DNA of 64,000 nt from contig NC_135766.1 of the NCBI RefSeq assembly GCF_052425735.1, positions 2,728,001 to 2,792,000 of the forward strand. Direction: 5' to 3'. The notes beneath the pieces are model-generated. The model was given only the letters and a program-made list of their open reading frames with translations. It was not told the origin of the DNA and searched no databases. The stretch is from Oculina patagonica. Lineage: Eukaryota. Shown here piece after piece: positions 1 to 11,635 of the stretch (position 1 is the stretch's first letter; the number at the start of each line of letters is the position of its first letter). The position numbers and the translations under genes are program-made.

Positions 1-2381
1 ATGTCCTGGTCTGTTCCACCCTCACTAGAGACAATGCTGCCAAGATAGGTGAAATTTTCGATGTCTTGGATTTCGTCTCCTCCGATGTTTAAGTTGGAGT
101 TATTTCCCTGGTTTACTCCCCAGCTCTTCGTTTTGGATGTTAATCTTTAAGCCAATCATTGCAGCTGTTTCTCTCATGCTTTCGAGCTTCTGTGTCGTGT
201 TGTTGTGGTTTTGGGACAATAGTGCCACGTCGTCTGCAAAATCGATGTCTTCAAGGTGTTTCGACAGTGACTATTGGATTCCTCTTGCTTGATCTTTTGT
301 TGTTTCCTTCATGATCCAGTCTATAACTAACAGAATTATATAAGACGGAGATAGTAGACACGCTTGTCGTACACTAGACAGTACTGTGAACGGTTCTGTT
401 AGTGTGTTTCCATGGATAACTGGGCATGTTGATGGTCCATAGGCCAGTCTGATCATCCGAATGATCTTCCCCGGGATTCCATAGTGCTGGAGCAGTTTGC
501 AGAGGGTCATCCAATGTATACTATCGAATACCTTTTTGTAGTCAATGAAAACTACATACAGTGATGTTATCCACTCGAGAGATTGCTCAAGTTTCATCCG
601 AAGCGTAGCAATCTGATCGGTGCGCGAGCGCTCCTGACGAATGCCGGCTTGTTCATCACGAAGTATTGCCTCCACTTCTTCTTTCATCCTCTCTAAGAGC
701 ACTCTACTAAAAACGTTGCCAGAAATTGATAATAACGTGATGCCTCTCCAGTTTGCACACTCTCCCTTTTCTTAGGTAGTTTCTCCAGATCTCCACATTT
801 CCAATCTTCAGGCATTTGTTCTGTATTCCAGATCTTCTCAAACAGCTTGTGTAGGGATATGCCGTCCGGGCCGGGGCTTTGTCAAAAGCTTTCTATCCTT
901 GCTGTGCACCTGATGGTTGGAGTTGCTTCGCTTCCCAGATACGATAAACATCCTCCATGTCCTCTTTAACTGCAGCATCTTCTGCCTCTTGTGCTAGCCC
1001 TTCTATGAAGTTTCTCTTGTCCTTTCTGGCACTTTTCTTGACTGCTTTGTTGACCTCTGTATACTCGGCTTGCCTCTGCGCCTTCGCTGCTCTGGTTTTA
1101 ACGATGTTTGGTGCTGTTTTCTTTTCCCTTCTTTCTACATTCTTTGCCAGAGTTCCAACTGAGAGCCCTTCTCTGTGTTTGGAAGATCTTTTTTTCCAAG
1201 AAAACGTCACAAGCTTTCTTCCAAGCTGTGCTTAATTCCTCCCAGATCTCCTCAGCTGACTCAGCTTCCTCCCTTAGGTGCTCAGTGCCTGAAGTCTATT
1301 TGAGAGTTCGAGTTTGAACTTATCTCTGGTAGCTGCATCCTTCAAGAGTGTGGTGTTATAGCGATGGCTTGGTTTGGGAGTTGACTTGAAAAGCCTCTTG
1401 AGTTTCAGTTTCGGGCGACCGACCACCAGCTGGTGGCCTTATGCAGCATCAGCACTCCTTCTCACATGCGTATCTTGCAGTGATCTTCTGAACCTTTTAA
1501 AGATAGTAATGTGGTCAATTTGGTTCTCTGTGTGATGATCTGGGGAAATCCAAGTCGCTTTATGAATCCGCTTGTGACGGAAAAGGCAACCTCCAATCAC
1601 GATGTTATTAAATGTTCAGAAATCCGCAAGAAGCTCGCCGTTTTCATTTATCTGGCCCAGCTCTTCTCTTCCCATTACATGCCCTCTACCGACGTTGTCA
1701 CTTCCACTATTCGCATTGAAATCTCCCATGACGATTCTTTTCTTTTTTTTTCTTTGATTCCTCTTGGTTCATTGCTCGAAGGGCGCCTGTAGTTGTTCAT
1801 AAAAATCGGTTTTGAGGTCACCGTCTGCATCGTTTGTGGGTGCATAACACTGATAATAATCTGCACATTCATTGTTCTGCTGCGGAATCTTGCTAGGACG
1901 ATCCTTGATGACACTGGTGTCCATTCGATGAGAGATACTGTTGCTTCAGCATCAGTCCCACTCCTTCCGTATGAGGTGAATTGTCCTCCTCATCACCGGA
2001 ATACAGTAGAGTTTCTACTGTGCTTAGGCGACTGTTTCCATCTTGTTTTGCACAGACCGAGAACTGTGATGTTGTATCGTCTCATCTCTGCGGAAACTTG
2101 CGCTGTCTCCCCAGTTTTGAACAGGATCCGAATTTTCCATGTTGAGAGAAGATTTTGCACTGTAGCTTCCATTTGGCTTTCACTACAGTGCGTCATACGC
2201 AGTCTCTGTGGGCTGCCTTCCTGTATCAGAACATGGGTTGCAGAATTTAATGTCGTTGACGTTTCTGTAGGGGTTACAGTTTTTACGGGGTGGGGTTGCT
2301 GGCGCCACGCCCAACCCTCCTCCTTTACCCGGGCTTGGGACCGGCAGGGAACTGGTTGTGAGCCAATTCCCAGGCGGAGTT
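1..2381 (-). mobile_element. Degenerate RTE-clade LINE (AP endonuclease + RT remnants); 3' end lies outside the window
   Basis: Broken minus-strand ORFs give RT motifs (EQAGIR..RS.TDQI.TLR, FIDYKKVFDS, VRQACLLSP) and APE motifs (STWKIRIL..TG, RIVLARF). The RTE-type 5' UTR carries a twister ribozyme. Many stops and frameshifts. Confidence 0.88.
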
Positions 2382-2384
2382 GGC
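2309..2384 (-). ncRNA. Twister self-cleaving ribozyme at the RTE 5' end (P1 5' strand missing)
   Basis: Minus strand reads C|AA CUCC GCC U GGGAAUUGG-CUCACAA-CCAGUUCCC U GCCGG UCCCAAGC CCGGG UAAA GGAG GAGGG UUGGGC. This matches the twister core GCCGGUCCCAAGCCCGG..UAAA..GAGGG, with P2 = CUCC/GGAG and a 9-bp P3. Confidence 0.9.
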
Positions 2385-2629
2385 AAAACAAAGATGGCCC
2401 GACAAAAAAAAGTACCTGCTGATGTTTATCAAAGTCTACAAGACCTCAGCTTCTACGTTCGCAATTTGAATGATCAATGCAACTAAACGGATCCAGTGTT
2501 TCTGTGACCAGGAGTATATTAAGCCCAATTATTGCGAAGTCGGCAAACAACTTTTTTTGCGCGACCGTTAAATTAGGGCTGGTTTAAACTGATCAGATGT
2601 AAATTTCCTTCAAGTTGTAACTAAACGCT

Positions 2630-4120
2630 TTATTGATTTTGTGATTGTTGTTTGATTGAAGGAAGTTTAGCGCGGACAAGAATGTCTTTGAGAGATTTTT
2701 CCTTCTTATACGATACAATCGGTTGCTGGTTAAAGATTTGTTTGAGTTTAGGCTGTTGTTGAATAATTTGCCAGTGTTTCATAAGAATCTTTTTTAAGAT
2801 TCGGTGCGGCCGGGTTGTAAGTCGCAACAAACGGTAGAATCTCTTTAGTTTGTTTTGTTTTGTTTCGACACGCCTTTTTCCTGTCGGTGAACTGTGTTTC
2901 GATCAAGATTTTATGAACGAGTGTTAAAGGGTAGCCTCTTTCGCAGAGTCTTTGTTCGAAGTCTCGTTTGCTTGTTTCAAAGTTTTCTTTGACTGAGTTT
3001 GTTCTCAAAAGACGCAAAGCTTCTTCTTTGATAAAACCCTTTTTAGAGTTGAAAGGGTGGCAAGATGAAAAGTCCGTATATCGAAACGTTTCAGTGGGCT
3101 TAAAATGTTTTTTTAAGTCAAGGATTTTGAGAGTTGTGAGTCGAGGTCCTTTAAAAACCTCGGTGTCAAGGAAAACCCCGCGCGCGGATGACATTTCGCA
3201 AGTGAATTTAATTGCAGGGTGGAAGGAGTTTGCGAAGTTAACGAAATCGGTAACTTCTTTCATGGGAATCTTCCACAGAGAAAATATGTCATCAATAAAT
3301 CGTTTCCAGACAAAAGTTTGAATAGGGCTAGCCTGAAGGAGTCCCTTTTCAAGATCTGCCATAAAAATGACAGAAAAAGCGACCGCCATCTTAGTTCCCA
3401 TAGCAACGCCGTGAGTTTGTATGAAATGTCTTTCGTTGAATTTGAAAGAATTTTCTTCGAGTATGAGCCGCATGAGTTCCCGCAAGTCATTTGTGGGAAT
3501 CGGTAGGTTGTGCTCATAGTGTTTTTCATAGTAACGGCAAATAACTTCGATTCCTTCTGATTGAGGAATGTTAGTATAAAGAGAACTTACGTCGAGTGTG
3601 GCTAGAATGACATCGTCTGGAATGTGCGTGTTTTCAATGAAATTGATAAAATCGGTAGCGTCTTTTAAATATGACTCTTGTTTCACGGCGATGGGTTGTA
3701 AAAGTGAGTCAACAAAACTTGAAATGCGCTCTGTGGGACCGCTACTACCAGTGACAATTGGTCTGCCGACTGGAATTTTCTTGTGTATTTTAGTCAGCGT
3801 GTAAAATTCTGGTATGCGTGGTTGTTTGAGACCGATTGTCAACCATTTGTGAGTCATTCGATCGATGTTGCCTGAACGAAATAGTTTGTTTACTATGTCG
3901 TTTACTTTTTTGGCGGTTTCAAGCACAATAGGAGATGTTAGGGGCTTGTAAAAGTTATCATCAGATAATTGTTTTAAGCCTTCTTCTATTTTTTGTGCCG
4001 TGTCTATAATGACTGTTGTCGTTCCTTTATCAGCTCGTTTGAGGTTGATTTCGCTGTTGCGTTTAAGTGAGAAAATAGCTTTTCTTTCGTTCGCTGATAT
4101 ATTATCGTTTTGAGAGCGGA
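2630..4120 (-). mobile_element. Penelope-like element RT, 5'-truncated, no GIY-YIG endonuclease visible (copy 1)
   Basis: ORF 3926-2748 has PLE RT motifs (FYTLTKIHK..GRPIV, LDVSSLYTNIP, GVAMGT, RFIDD, FLD). A frameshifted tail at 2830-2630 ends SLKDILVRAKL..stop. Confidence 0.88.
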
Positions 4121-4860
4121 AAAGAAGTCAATGAAGCTGATGGAATTCTCTTCAAAAGTTGCAAGATGATTTTTCCAAAACGATTAAGACCCGAAATGCT
4201 TAAAAGAAATCACGAAAGCATCCAAGAAATTGCGAAGGGCAAGCAAAGAGCCTTCAAGTCCCAAGTACCCACAAGCAAATGGTCAAGTAGAAGAAAAGCC
4301 ATTGGATCAACCAATTCTGTACTGAAAGTAAGCTTACCACTACACAGTTGCTGATTACACGATTCCCAACAGATGCTACGTCCCAACTCTTAGCTCGACA
4401 GAAATCACATAAGCTGTACTTTGACAGAGGAAAAAAGTCACTACTTCCTATCAGAAGAAGTAAAAGGTTTGAATGAAAACAAAGCATGTCTTGAAACCTG
4501 CCACAGTTCCAAAACTTGCTCAATACCCTGGATCAGAAATTGTGACCACCAATGGAATTCTCAACAGATGAAACACAAAGGACATCATCAAGACTTCAAA
4601 AGTGAACGACATCGTAAGGAGTCCAAAATGTGAAAGAGCCGTCATCAAGACCCTTGAAGTAGTTAGAACAAGATCTGGTCGTACTATCCGAGTACCAAGA
4701 GAAGATGATTTTGAACATTACAAGTTGTTTAAGAACTATTAGTTCCTAACATGTTACTATGCTGGGTTGCTGACTTTTTGTTATCAGCTGCAAACATTTG
4801 CATTAAAATGATCTTTGACAAAGTTTTGGACAATAAACTGTGGACAATTTCAATATTTTA
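4120..4860 (+). mobile_element. Gypsy pol/integrase-region and 3' relic (copy 1)
   Basis: Translates to DGILFK..MIFPKRLRPEMLKRNHES (integrase zinc-binding region) and IVTTNGILNRRN (integrase C-terminus). Heavily deleted. Confidence 0.6.
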
Positions 4861-5049
4861 ATTGCATGTTTCTTACTCCTCATACTTGTATTTGCTTAGC
4901 GGAAGATGTCACTCGAAGTCACGTGGTCTTTCATTAAACATGACAAAGCCCAGGCAGACGAGTTCTTCTGGGTCAGTCTTGTTGGTTGGTTTTCAGTGTT
5001 AAGATTAGTTTTGTTACCAAGGATGAAAGAATTTGCTTGTTGTTTGCAG

Positions 5050-5172
5050 ATGTGGACGAATGCAGTGCTTCTATCCCCGTCTGTGACGTCAACGCTGATT
5101 GCAAGAATAACCGTGGATCGTATCAGTGTTCCTGTAAAGCTGGATTTACCGGTGATGGGAAAACGTGCACTG
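5050..5172 (+). CDS. Gene 1 calcium-binding EGF exon 1 of 5
   Basis: ttgcag|A...G|gtgag, 123 nt, phase 1-1; [41 protein letters not shown]. Confidence 0.85.
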
Positions 5173-5830
5173 GTGAGAAAATAGTACCTGTATAATAACA
5201 ATAATGAACTTTGTATACGACATCATGCACACAACGTTACGATCGTGTGGTTTCAATTCAGTTAAGAAATATATTTGAAGACGATAGAGTCCCCTGCATC
5301 CTTGCTAATAATATAAAAGCAATAATTTCGGCATTGTGCTTCGATTATAGCAAGTCAATTCATTTCAAAATAGTAGAGAGAATTGAAATTGACAATGCAG
5401 AAAAAAAATATTAGTGCAAATCGGTGAAATTAAAAGTGATTGACAGTAACATCAGTTTCCTGCAAAATCCTAAACGGGAATTGAAAAAAACGGACAGAAG
5501 TGAAACAAGATTTGAACTTAAAAACGGTATTTTATTAAATAAGCTTAACGACACAAAGTAAAAACGCAAAAGAAAAACTACCAATTATCGAGAAGTATGA
5601 AAGACTCGGAACAAAGACAAAAGCAAAGGGAAAAAATAACCTTGAAATGAAGCGGCTGTCAAGATATATGTATTACGTCACCCGTAATCACCAGGTCTTT
5701 TACTAAACATGACAACGGCCCAGCCTGAAAAGGTCTTCTGGGCTGTTCTTGCTGAATGGTTTTGTTGAAATTGAATATAAAGTCACGTAGTTTTGTTACT
5801 GAGGATTAAAAAAATGAATTCCGTTTGCAG

Positions 5831-5953
5831 ATGTGGACGAATGCAGTGCTTCTATCCCCGTCTGTGACGCCAGCGCTGATTGCAAGAACACCCGTGGATC
5901 ATATCGGTGTTCCTGTAAAGCAGGATTTACCGGTGATGGAAAAACGTGCGCTG
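5831..5953 (+). CDS. Gene 1 calcium-binding EGF exon 2 of 5
   Basis: AG/GT flanks, 123 nt, open; [41 protein letters not shown]. Confidence 0.85.
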
Positions 5954-6518
5954 GTGAGAGAATAGTACCTGTATAATGATAATATAATTTGTATATGTAC
6001 ATTAAACGACTCGCCTGTGGGATCGAATTCGATCAAGCAAAATATCTGAGAAGATAGAGTTACCTGCATCTTTGCTAATAATATACAACCAATAATTTCT
6101 GCATTGATTGGATAATTCACGTCAATTCATTTCAAAACAGAGGAGAGGAGTGAAATTGGCAGTATAAAAAAATTAACAGCGCAAATAGATGAGATTAAAA
6201 GTGATCGAGAGTTATATCAGCTTTATGTCAAATCCAAAATGTACAAGCACAAAAACGGACACAACTTGAAAACGATTTTTTCATGAAAAAGGCTAAAAAA
6301 CACAAAACAAAAAAGCATAGCAAAAACTACAATTTATCGAGAAGTATCAAAGACGCGAACTAAAAACAGTACCAATAAGGACAAAAGAGAATCTTGAAAT
6401 TAGGCCTGCCGTGATATCTACATTACATTTGTATTCACGTGGTCTTTCATTCAACATAGCATGATTTCATAAGCGGTAAATTTCAATCACAGTTTGATCT
6501 ACAAAAATGTTGTTTAAG

Positions 6519-7114
6519 ATGAATGCATTCATGCCTCCCTCAACGCTAAGTCCAGAGGGAAATGGTGCAGACAACTGGCGTAAGTGGAAAAATCAATTTC
6601 AACTGTACATGGTAGCTTCAGGATAAATGAAGAAACGCAAGAAGGAACGATTCACTATATGCCTTCATCTCATGGGAGAAGAAGCACTCGAAATGTACGA
6701 CACATTTTTGTTATCGGCCTATGGAGCAAAAGCTCTGCGTGCTATTGAAAAAATTAAGGACTATTGTAATCCGAGGCGGAATATCACATTCGATGGCACA
6801 AATTCTTCATCTGTGTTCAGTAACCGACTGAAAGGGCCGATCATTATGTAACCGAGCTGTGCACCACAGCAAGCACGTGCCAATTTGGCGAGATGCGTGA
6901 AAGCTTAATTAGAGATAGTATCGTCTGTGGAATATTCTGCGACACCATGAAAGAGAAGTTATTGCCAGATATGTGCAGAGCGTCGGAGTTTTCAAAACGC
7001 CCAACGAAATCGAATATCAGTGAATTGAAAGGTGGAGATTATGCAGATAAGAAAGCTACACCGAGTGGAAACTTCCCGCCCATGAACAGAAAGGAAAAAG
7101 ATAACCACAGGTAG
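6519..7114 (+). mobile_element. Gypsy gag relic
   Basis: MNAFMPPSTLSPEGNGADNWRKWKNQFQLYMVASG.., LHLMGEEALEMYDTF, LIRDSIVCGI are Gypsy gag N-terminal motifs, broken by stops. Confidence 0.7.
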
Positions 7115-7582
7115 CCCAAGCTCCTAAAGGAGCCGTCAACATGTAGACTACATATGACATTGCGTAATAACGTTATTATAAGGGTTTGTATGGGAATAAT
7201 TATAACGATCGTAAAAAATAATTCAAAATAAAGGAAAAAAAAAAACGATAAAATCGACTTACCTATCCTCTTCTATGCAAATCTTGTGTTTCTTTGCCGT
7301 TTGTGGGCGTTTTGAAGCGATTCCAGTGGGTTTTAGGTTCGCTGGTTTCCTCTCTCTATATAATTCCTCAAAGTAGGGCACTCGAGTGCCGAAGGCCAGC
7401 AGATCGACTGAAGGAGTTCAGCCATAAATTCGCCCCAAAGGCTCCGATCGCCCCAAATTTTCGCCCAGAGCACCGCCGATAGTTGCTTTAACCATTTCTG
7501 TGCTTCATCTGATAAATACGCCCGCCAAGGAGCAAATTAAGCTTGCAAATGTCACAAGGCTTTTCTATCGAGAGCCTATCGA

Positions 7583-8775
7583 GGGTAGCCTCTTTCGCAG
7601 AGTCTTTGTTCGAAGTCTCGTTTGCTTGTTTCAAAGTTTTCTTTGACTGAGTTTGTTCTCAAAAGACGCAAAGCTTCTTCTTTGATAAAACCCTTTTTAG
7701 AGTTGAAAGGGTGGCAAGATGAAAAGTCCGTATATCGAAACGTTTCAGTGGGCTTAAAATGTTTTTTTAAGTCAAGGATTTTGAGAGTTGTGAGTCGAGG
7801 TCCTTTAAAAACCTCGGTGTCAAGGAAAACCCCGCGCGCGGATGACATTTCGCAAGTGAATTTAATTGTAGGGTGGAAGGAGTTTGCGAAGTTAACGAAA
7901 TCGGTAACTTCTTTCATGGGAATCTTCCACAGAGAAAATATGTCATCAATAAATCGTTTCCAGACAAAAGGTTGAATAGGGCTAGCCTGAAGGAGTCCCT
8001 TTTCAAGATCTGCCATAAAAATGACAGAAAAAGCGACCGCCATCTTAGTTCCCATAGCAACGCCGTGAGTTTGTATGAAATGTCTTTCGTTGAATTTGAA
8101 AGAATTTTCTTCGAGTATGAGCCGCATGAGTTCCCGCAAGTCATTTGTGGGAATCGGTAGGTTGTGCTCATAGTGTTTTTCATAGTAACGGCAAATAACT
8201 TCGATTCCTTCTGATTGAGGAATGTTAGTATAAAGAGAACTTACGTCGAGTGTGGCTAGAATGACATCGTCTGGAATGTGCGTGTTTTCAATGAAATTGA
8301 TAAAATCGGTAGCGTCTTTTAAATATGACTCTTGTTTCACGGCGATGGGTTGTAAAAGTGAGTCAACAAAACTTGAAATGCGCTCTGTGGGACCGCTACT
8401 ACCAGTGACAATTGGTCTGCCGACTGGAATTTTCTTGTGTATTTTAGTCAGCGTGTAAAATTCTGGTATGCGTGGTTGTTTGAGACCGATTGTCAACCAT
8501 TTGTGAGTCATTCGATCGATGTTGCCTGAACGAAATAGTTTGTTTACTATGTCGTTTACTTTTTTGGCGGTTTCAAGCACAATAGGAGATGTTAGGGGCT
8601 TGTAAAAGTTATCATCAGATAATTGTTTTAAGCCTTCTTCTATTTTTTGTGCCGTGTCTATAATGACTGTTGTCGTTCCTTTATCAGCTCGTTTGAGGTT
8701 GATTTCGCTGTTGCGTTTAAGTGAGAAAATAGCTTTTCTTTCGTTCGCTGATATATTATCGTTTTGAGAGCGGAA
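7583..8775 (-). mobile_element. Penelope-like element RT (copy 2, 3'-truncated)
   Basis: ORF 8580-7576 is almost identical to copy 1 at an offset of 4654 bp; it differs at two visible residues before the truncation. Confidence 0.88.
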
Positions 8776-9515
8776 AAGAAGTCAATGAAGCTGATGGAAT
8801 TCTCTTCAAAAGTTGCAAGATGATTTTTCCAAAACGATTAAGACCCGAAATGCTTAAAAGAAATCACGAAAGCATCCAAGAAATTGCGAAGGGCAAGCAA
8901 AGAGCCTTCAAGTCCCAAGTACCCACAAGCAAATGGTCAAGTAGAAGAAAAGCCATTGGATCAACCAATTCTGTACTGAAAGTAAGCTTACCACTACACA
9001 GTTGCTGATTACACGATTCCCAACAGATGCTACGTCCCAACTCTTAGCTCGACAGAAATCACATAAGCTGTACTTTGACAGAGGAAAAAAGTCACTACTT
9101 CCTATCAGAAGAAGTAAAAGGTTTGAATGAAAACAAAGCATGTCTTGAAACCTGCCACAGTTCCAAAACTTGCTCAATACCCTGGATCAGAAATTGTGAC
9201 CACCAATGGAATTCTCAACAGACGAAACACAAAGGACATCATCAAGACTTCAAAAGTGAACGACATCGTAAGGAGTCCAAAATGTGAAAAAACCGTCATC
9301 AAGACCCTTTAAGTAGTTAGAACAAGATCTGGTCGTACTATCCGAGTACCAAGAGAAGATGATTTTGAACATTACAAGTTGTTTAAGAACTATTAGTTCC
9401 TAACATGTTACTATGCTGAGTTGCTGACTTTTTGTTATCAGCTGCGAACATTTGCATTAAAATGATCTTTGACAAAGTTTTGGACAATAAACTGTGGACA
9501 ATTTCAATATTTTAA
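8775..9515 (+). mobile_element. Gypsy pol/integrase-region relic (copy 2)
   Basis: Near-identical to 4120-4860. Confidence 0.6.
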
Positions 9516-9699
9516 TTGCATGTTTATTACTCCTCATACTTGTATTTGCTTAGCGGAAGATGTCACTCGAAGTCACGTGGTCTTTCATTAAACATGACAA
9601 AGCCCAGGCAGACGAGTTCTTCTGGGTCAGTCTTGTTGGTTGGCAGTGTTAAAATTAGTTTTGTTACCAAGGATGAAAGAATTTGCTTTTTGTTTGCAG

Positions 9700-9822
9700 A
9701 TGTGGACGAATGCAGTGCTTCTATCCCCGTCTGTGACGTCAACGCTGATTGCAAGAATAACCGTGGATCGTATCAGTGTTCCTGTAAAGCTGGATTTACG
9801 GGTGATGGGAAAACGTGCGCTG
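9700..9822 (+). CDS. Gene 1 calcium-binding EGF exon 3 of 5
   Basis: AG/GT flanks, 123 nt, six Cys, open. Confidence 0.85.
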
Positions 9823-10476
9823 GTGAGAGAATGGTACCTGTATAATAACAATAATGAACTTTGTATATGACATCATGCACAAAACGTTACGAGCGTGTGG
9901 TTTCAATTCGGTTAAGCAAACTATTTGAAGACGATAGAGTCCCCTGCATCCTTGCTAATAATATACAAGCAATAATTTCTTCTTTGTGATTGGATTATAG
10001 CAAGTCAATCTATATTTCAGAACAGTAGAGAAAATTGAAATTGGCAGTGCAGAAAAATATATATCAGTGCAAATCGGTGAAATTAAAAGTGATGACAGAA
10101 ACATCCGTTCCCTGCCAAACCCTTAACGGAAATGCAAAAAAAAAAACAGACAGAAGTGAAACAAGATTTCAACTTTTAAACGGTATTTCATTAAATAAGC
10201 TTAAAGACACAAACTAAAAAAGCAAAAGAAAAACTACCAATTATCGAGAAGTATGAAAGACAAAGAACAAAAACAAAAGCAACGAGGACAAAACATAACC
10301 TTGAAATTAAGCCTGTCAAGATATATGTATTTCGTCACCCGTAATCACCAGATCTTTCTTTAAACATGGCCGAAAAGTTCTTCCGGGCTGTTCTTTTTGG
10401 TTGGTTTTGTTGAAATTGAATATAAAGTCACATAATTTTGTTACTGAGCATTAAAGAAATTAAATTTTTTTTGCAG

Positions 10477-10599
10477 ATGTGGACGAATGCAGTGCTTCTA
10501 TCCCCGTCTGTGACGTCAACGCTGATTGCAAGAATAACCGTGGATCGTATCAGTGTTCCTGTAAAGCTGGATTTACCGGTGATGGGAAAACGTGCGCTG
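10477..10599 (+). CDS. Gene 1 calcium-binding EGF exon 4 of 5
   Basis: AG/GT flanks, 123 nt, six Cys, open. Confidence 0.85.
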
Positions 10600-11240
10600 G
10601 TGAGAGAATGGTACCTGTGTATAATAACAATAATGAACTTTGTATATGACATCATGCACAAAACGTTACGAGCGTGTGGTTTCAATTCGGTTAAGCAAAC
10701 TATTTGAAGACGATAGAGTCCCCTGCATCATTGCTAATAATATAAAAGCAATAATTTCTGCATTGTACTTAGATTATAGCAAGTCAATCAATTTCAGAAC
10801 AGTAGAGAGAATTGAAATTGGCAGTGCAGAAAAAACATATATCAGTGGAAATCGGTGAAATTAAAAGTAATTGACAATAACATCCGTTTCCTGCCAAATA
10901 CTTAACGGAAATGTAAAATAACGGAACAAAGTGAACAAGATTCGAACTTAAAATCGGTACTTTACGACACAAAGTGAAAAAGCAAAACAAAAACAACCAA
11001 TAATCGAGAAGTGTGGAAGACGTGGAACAAAAACAAAAGCAACGAGGAGAAAACATAACCTTGAAATTAAACCTGTTAAGATATATGTATTACGTCACCC
11101 GTAATAACGAGGTCTTCATTAAGCATAACAAAGCCCAGCCCGAAAAGTTTTTATGTTTATTGGTTGATTTTTGTTGAAATGGAACATGAAGCCACATAGT
11201 TTTGTTACTGAGGATTAAAGAATTTGAATTTTGTTTGCAG

Positions 11241-11363
11241 ATGTGGACGAATGCAGTGCTTCTTTTCCCGTCTGTGACGTCAACGCCTATTGCAACAATA
11301 CCCGTGGATCATATCGGTGTTCCTGTAAAGCTGGATTTACCGGTTATGGGAAAACGTGCACTG
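11241..11363 (+). CDS. Gene 1 calcium-binding EGF exon 5 of 5
   Basis: AG/GT flanks, 123 nt; [41 protein letters not shown]. Confidence 0.83.
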
Positions 11364-11635
11364 GTGAGAGAATAGTATCTGTATAATAATAATGAACTTT
11401 GTATACGCATCATAAATTAAAGGACTCGCCTGTTGGGTTCAATTCGGTAAAGCAACATAACTGAAGAAGACAGATTTTCCTGCATCTTTGCTAGTAATAT
11501 ACAACCAATCATTACTGCATTGTGACTAGATTATAGCACGTCAATTCGTTTCAAAACAGTAGAGAGTAGTGTAATTGACAGTGCAGAAAAGTGAATTTGA
11601 CAGTGCAAAACGGTGAAATTAAACGATATTGACAG

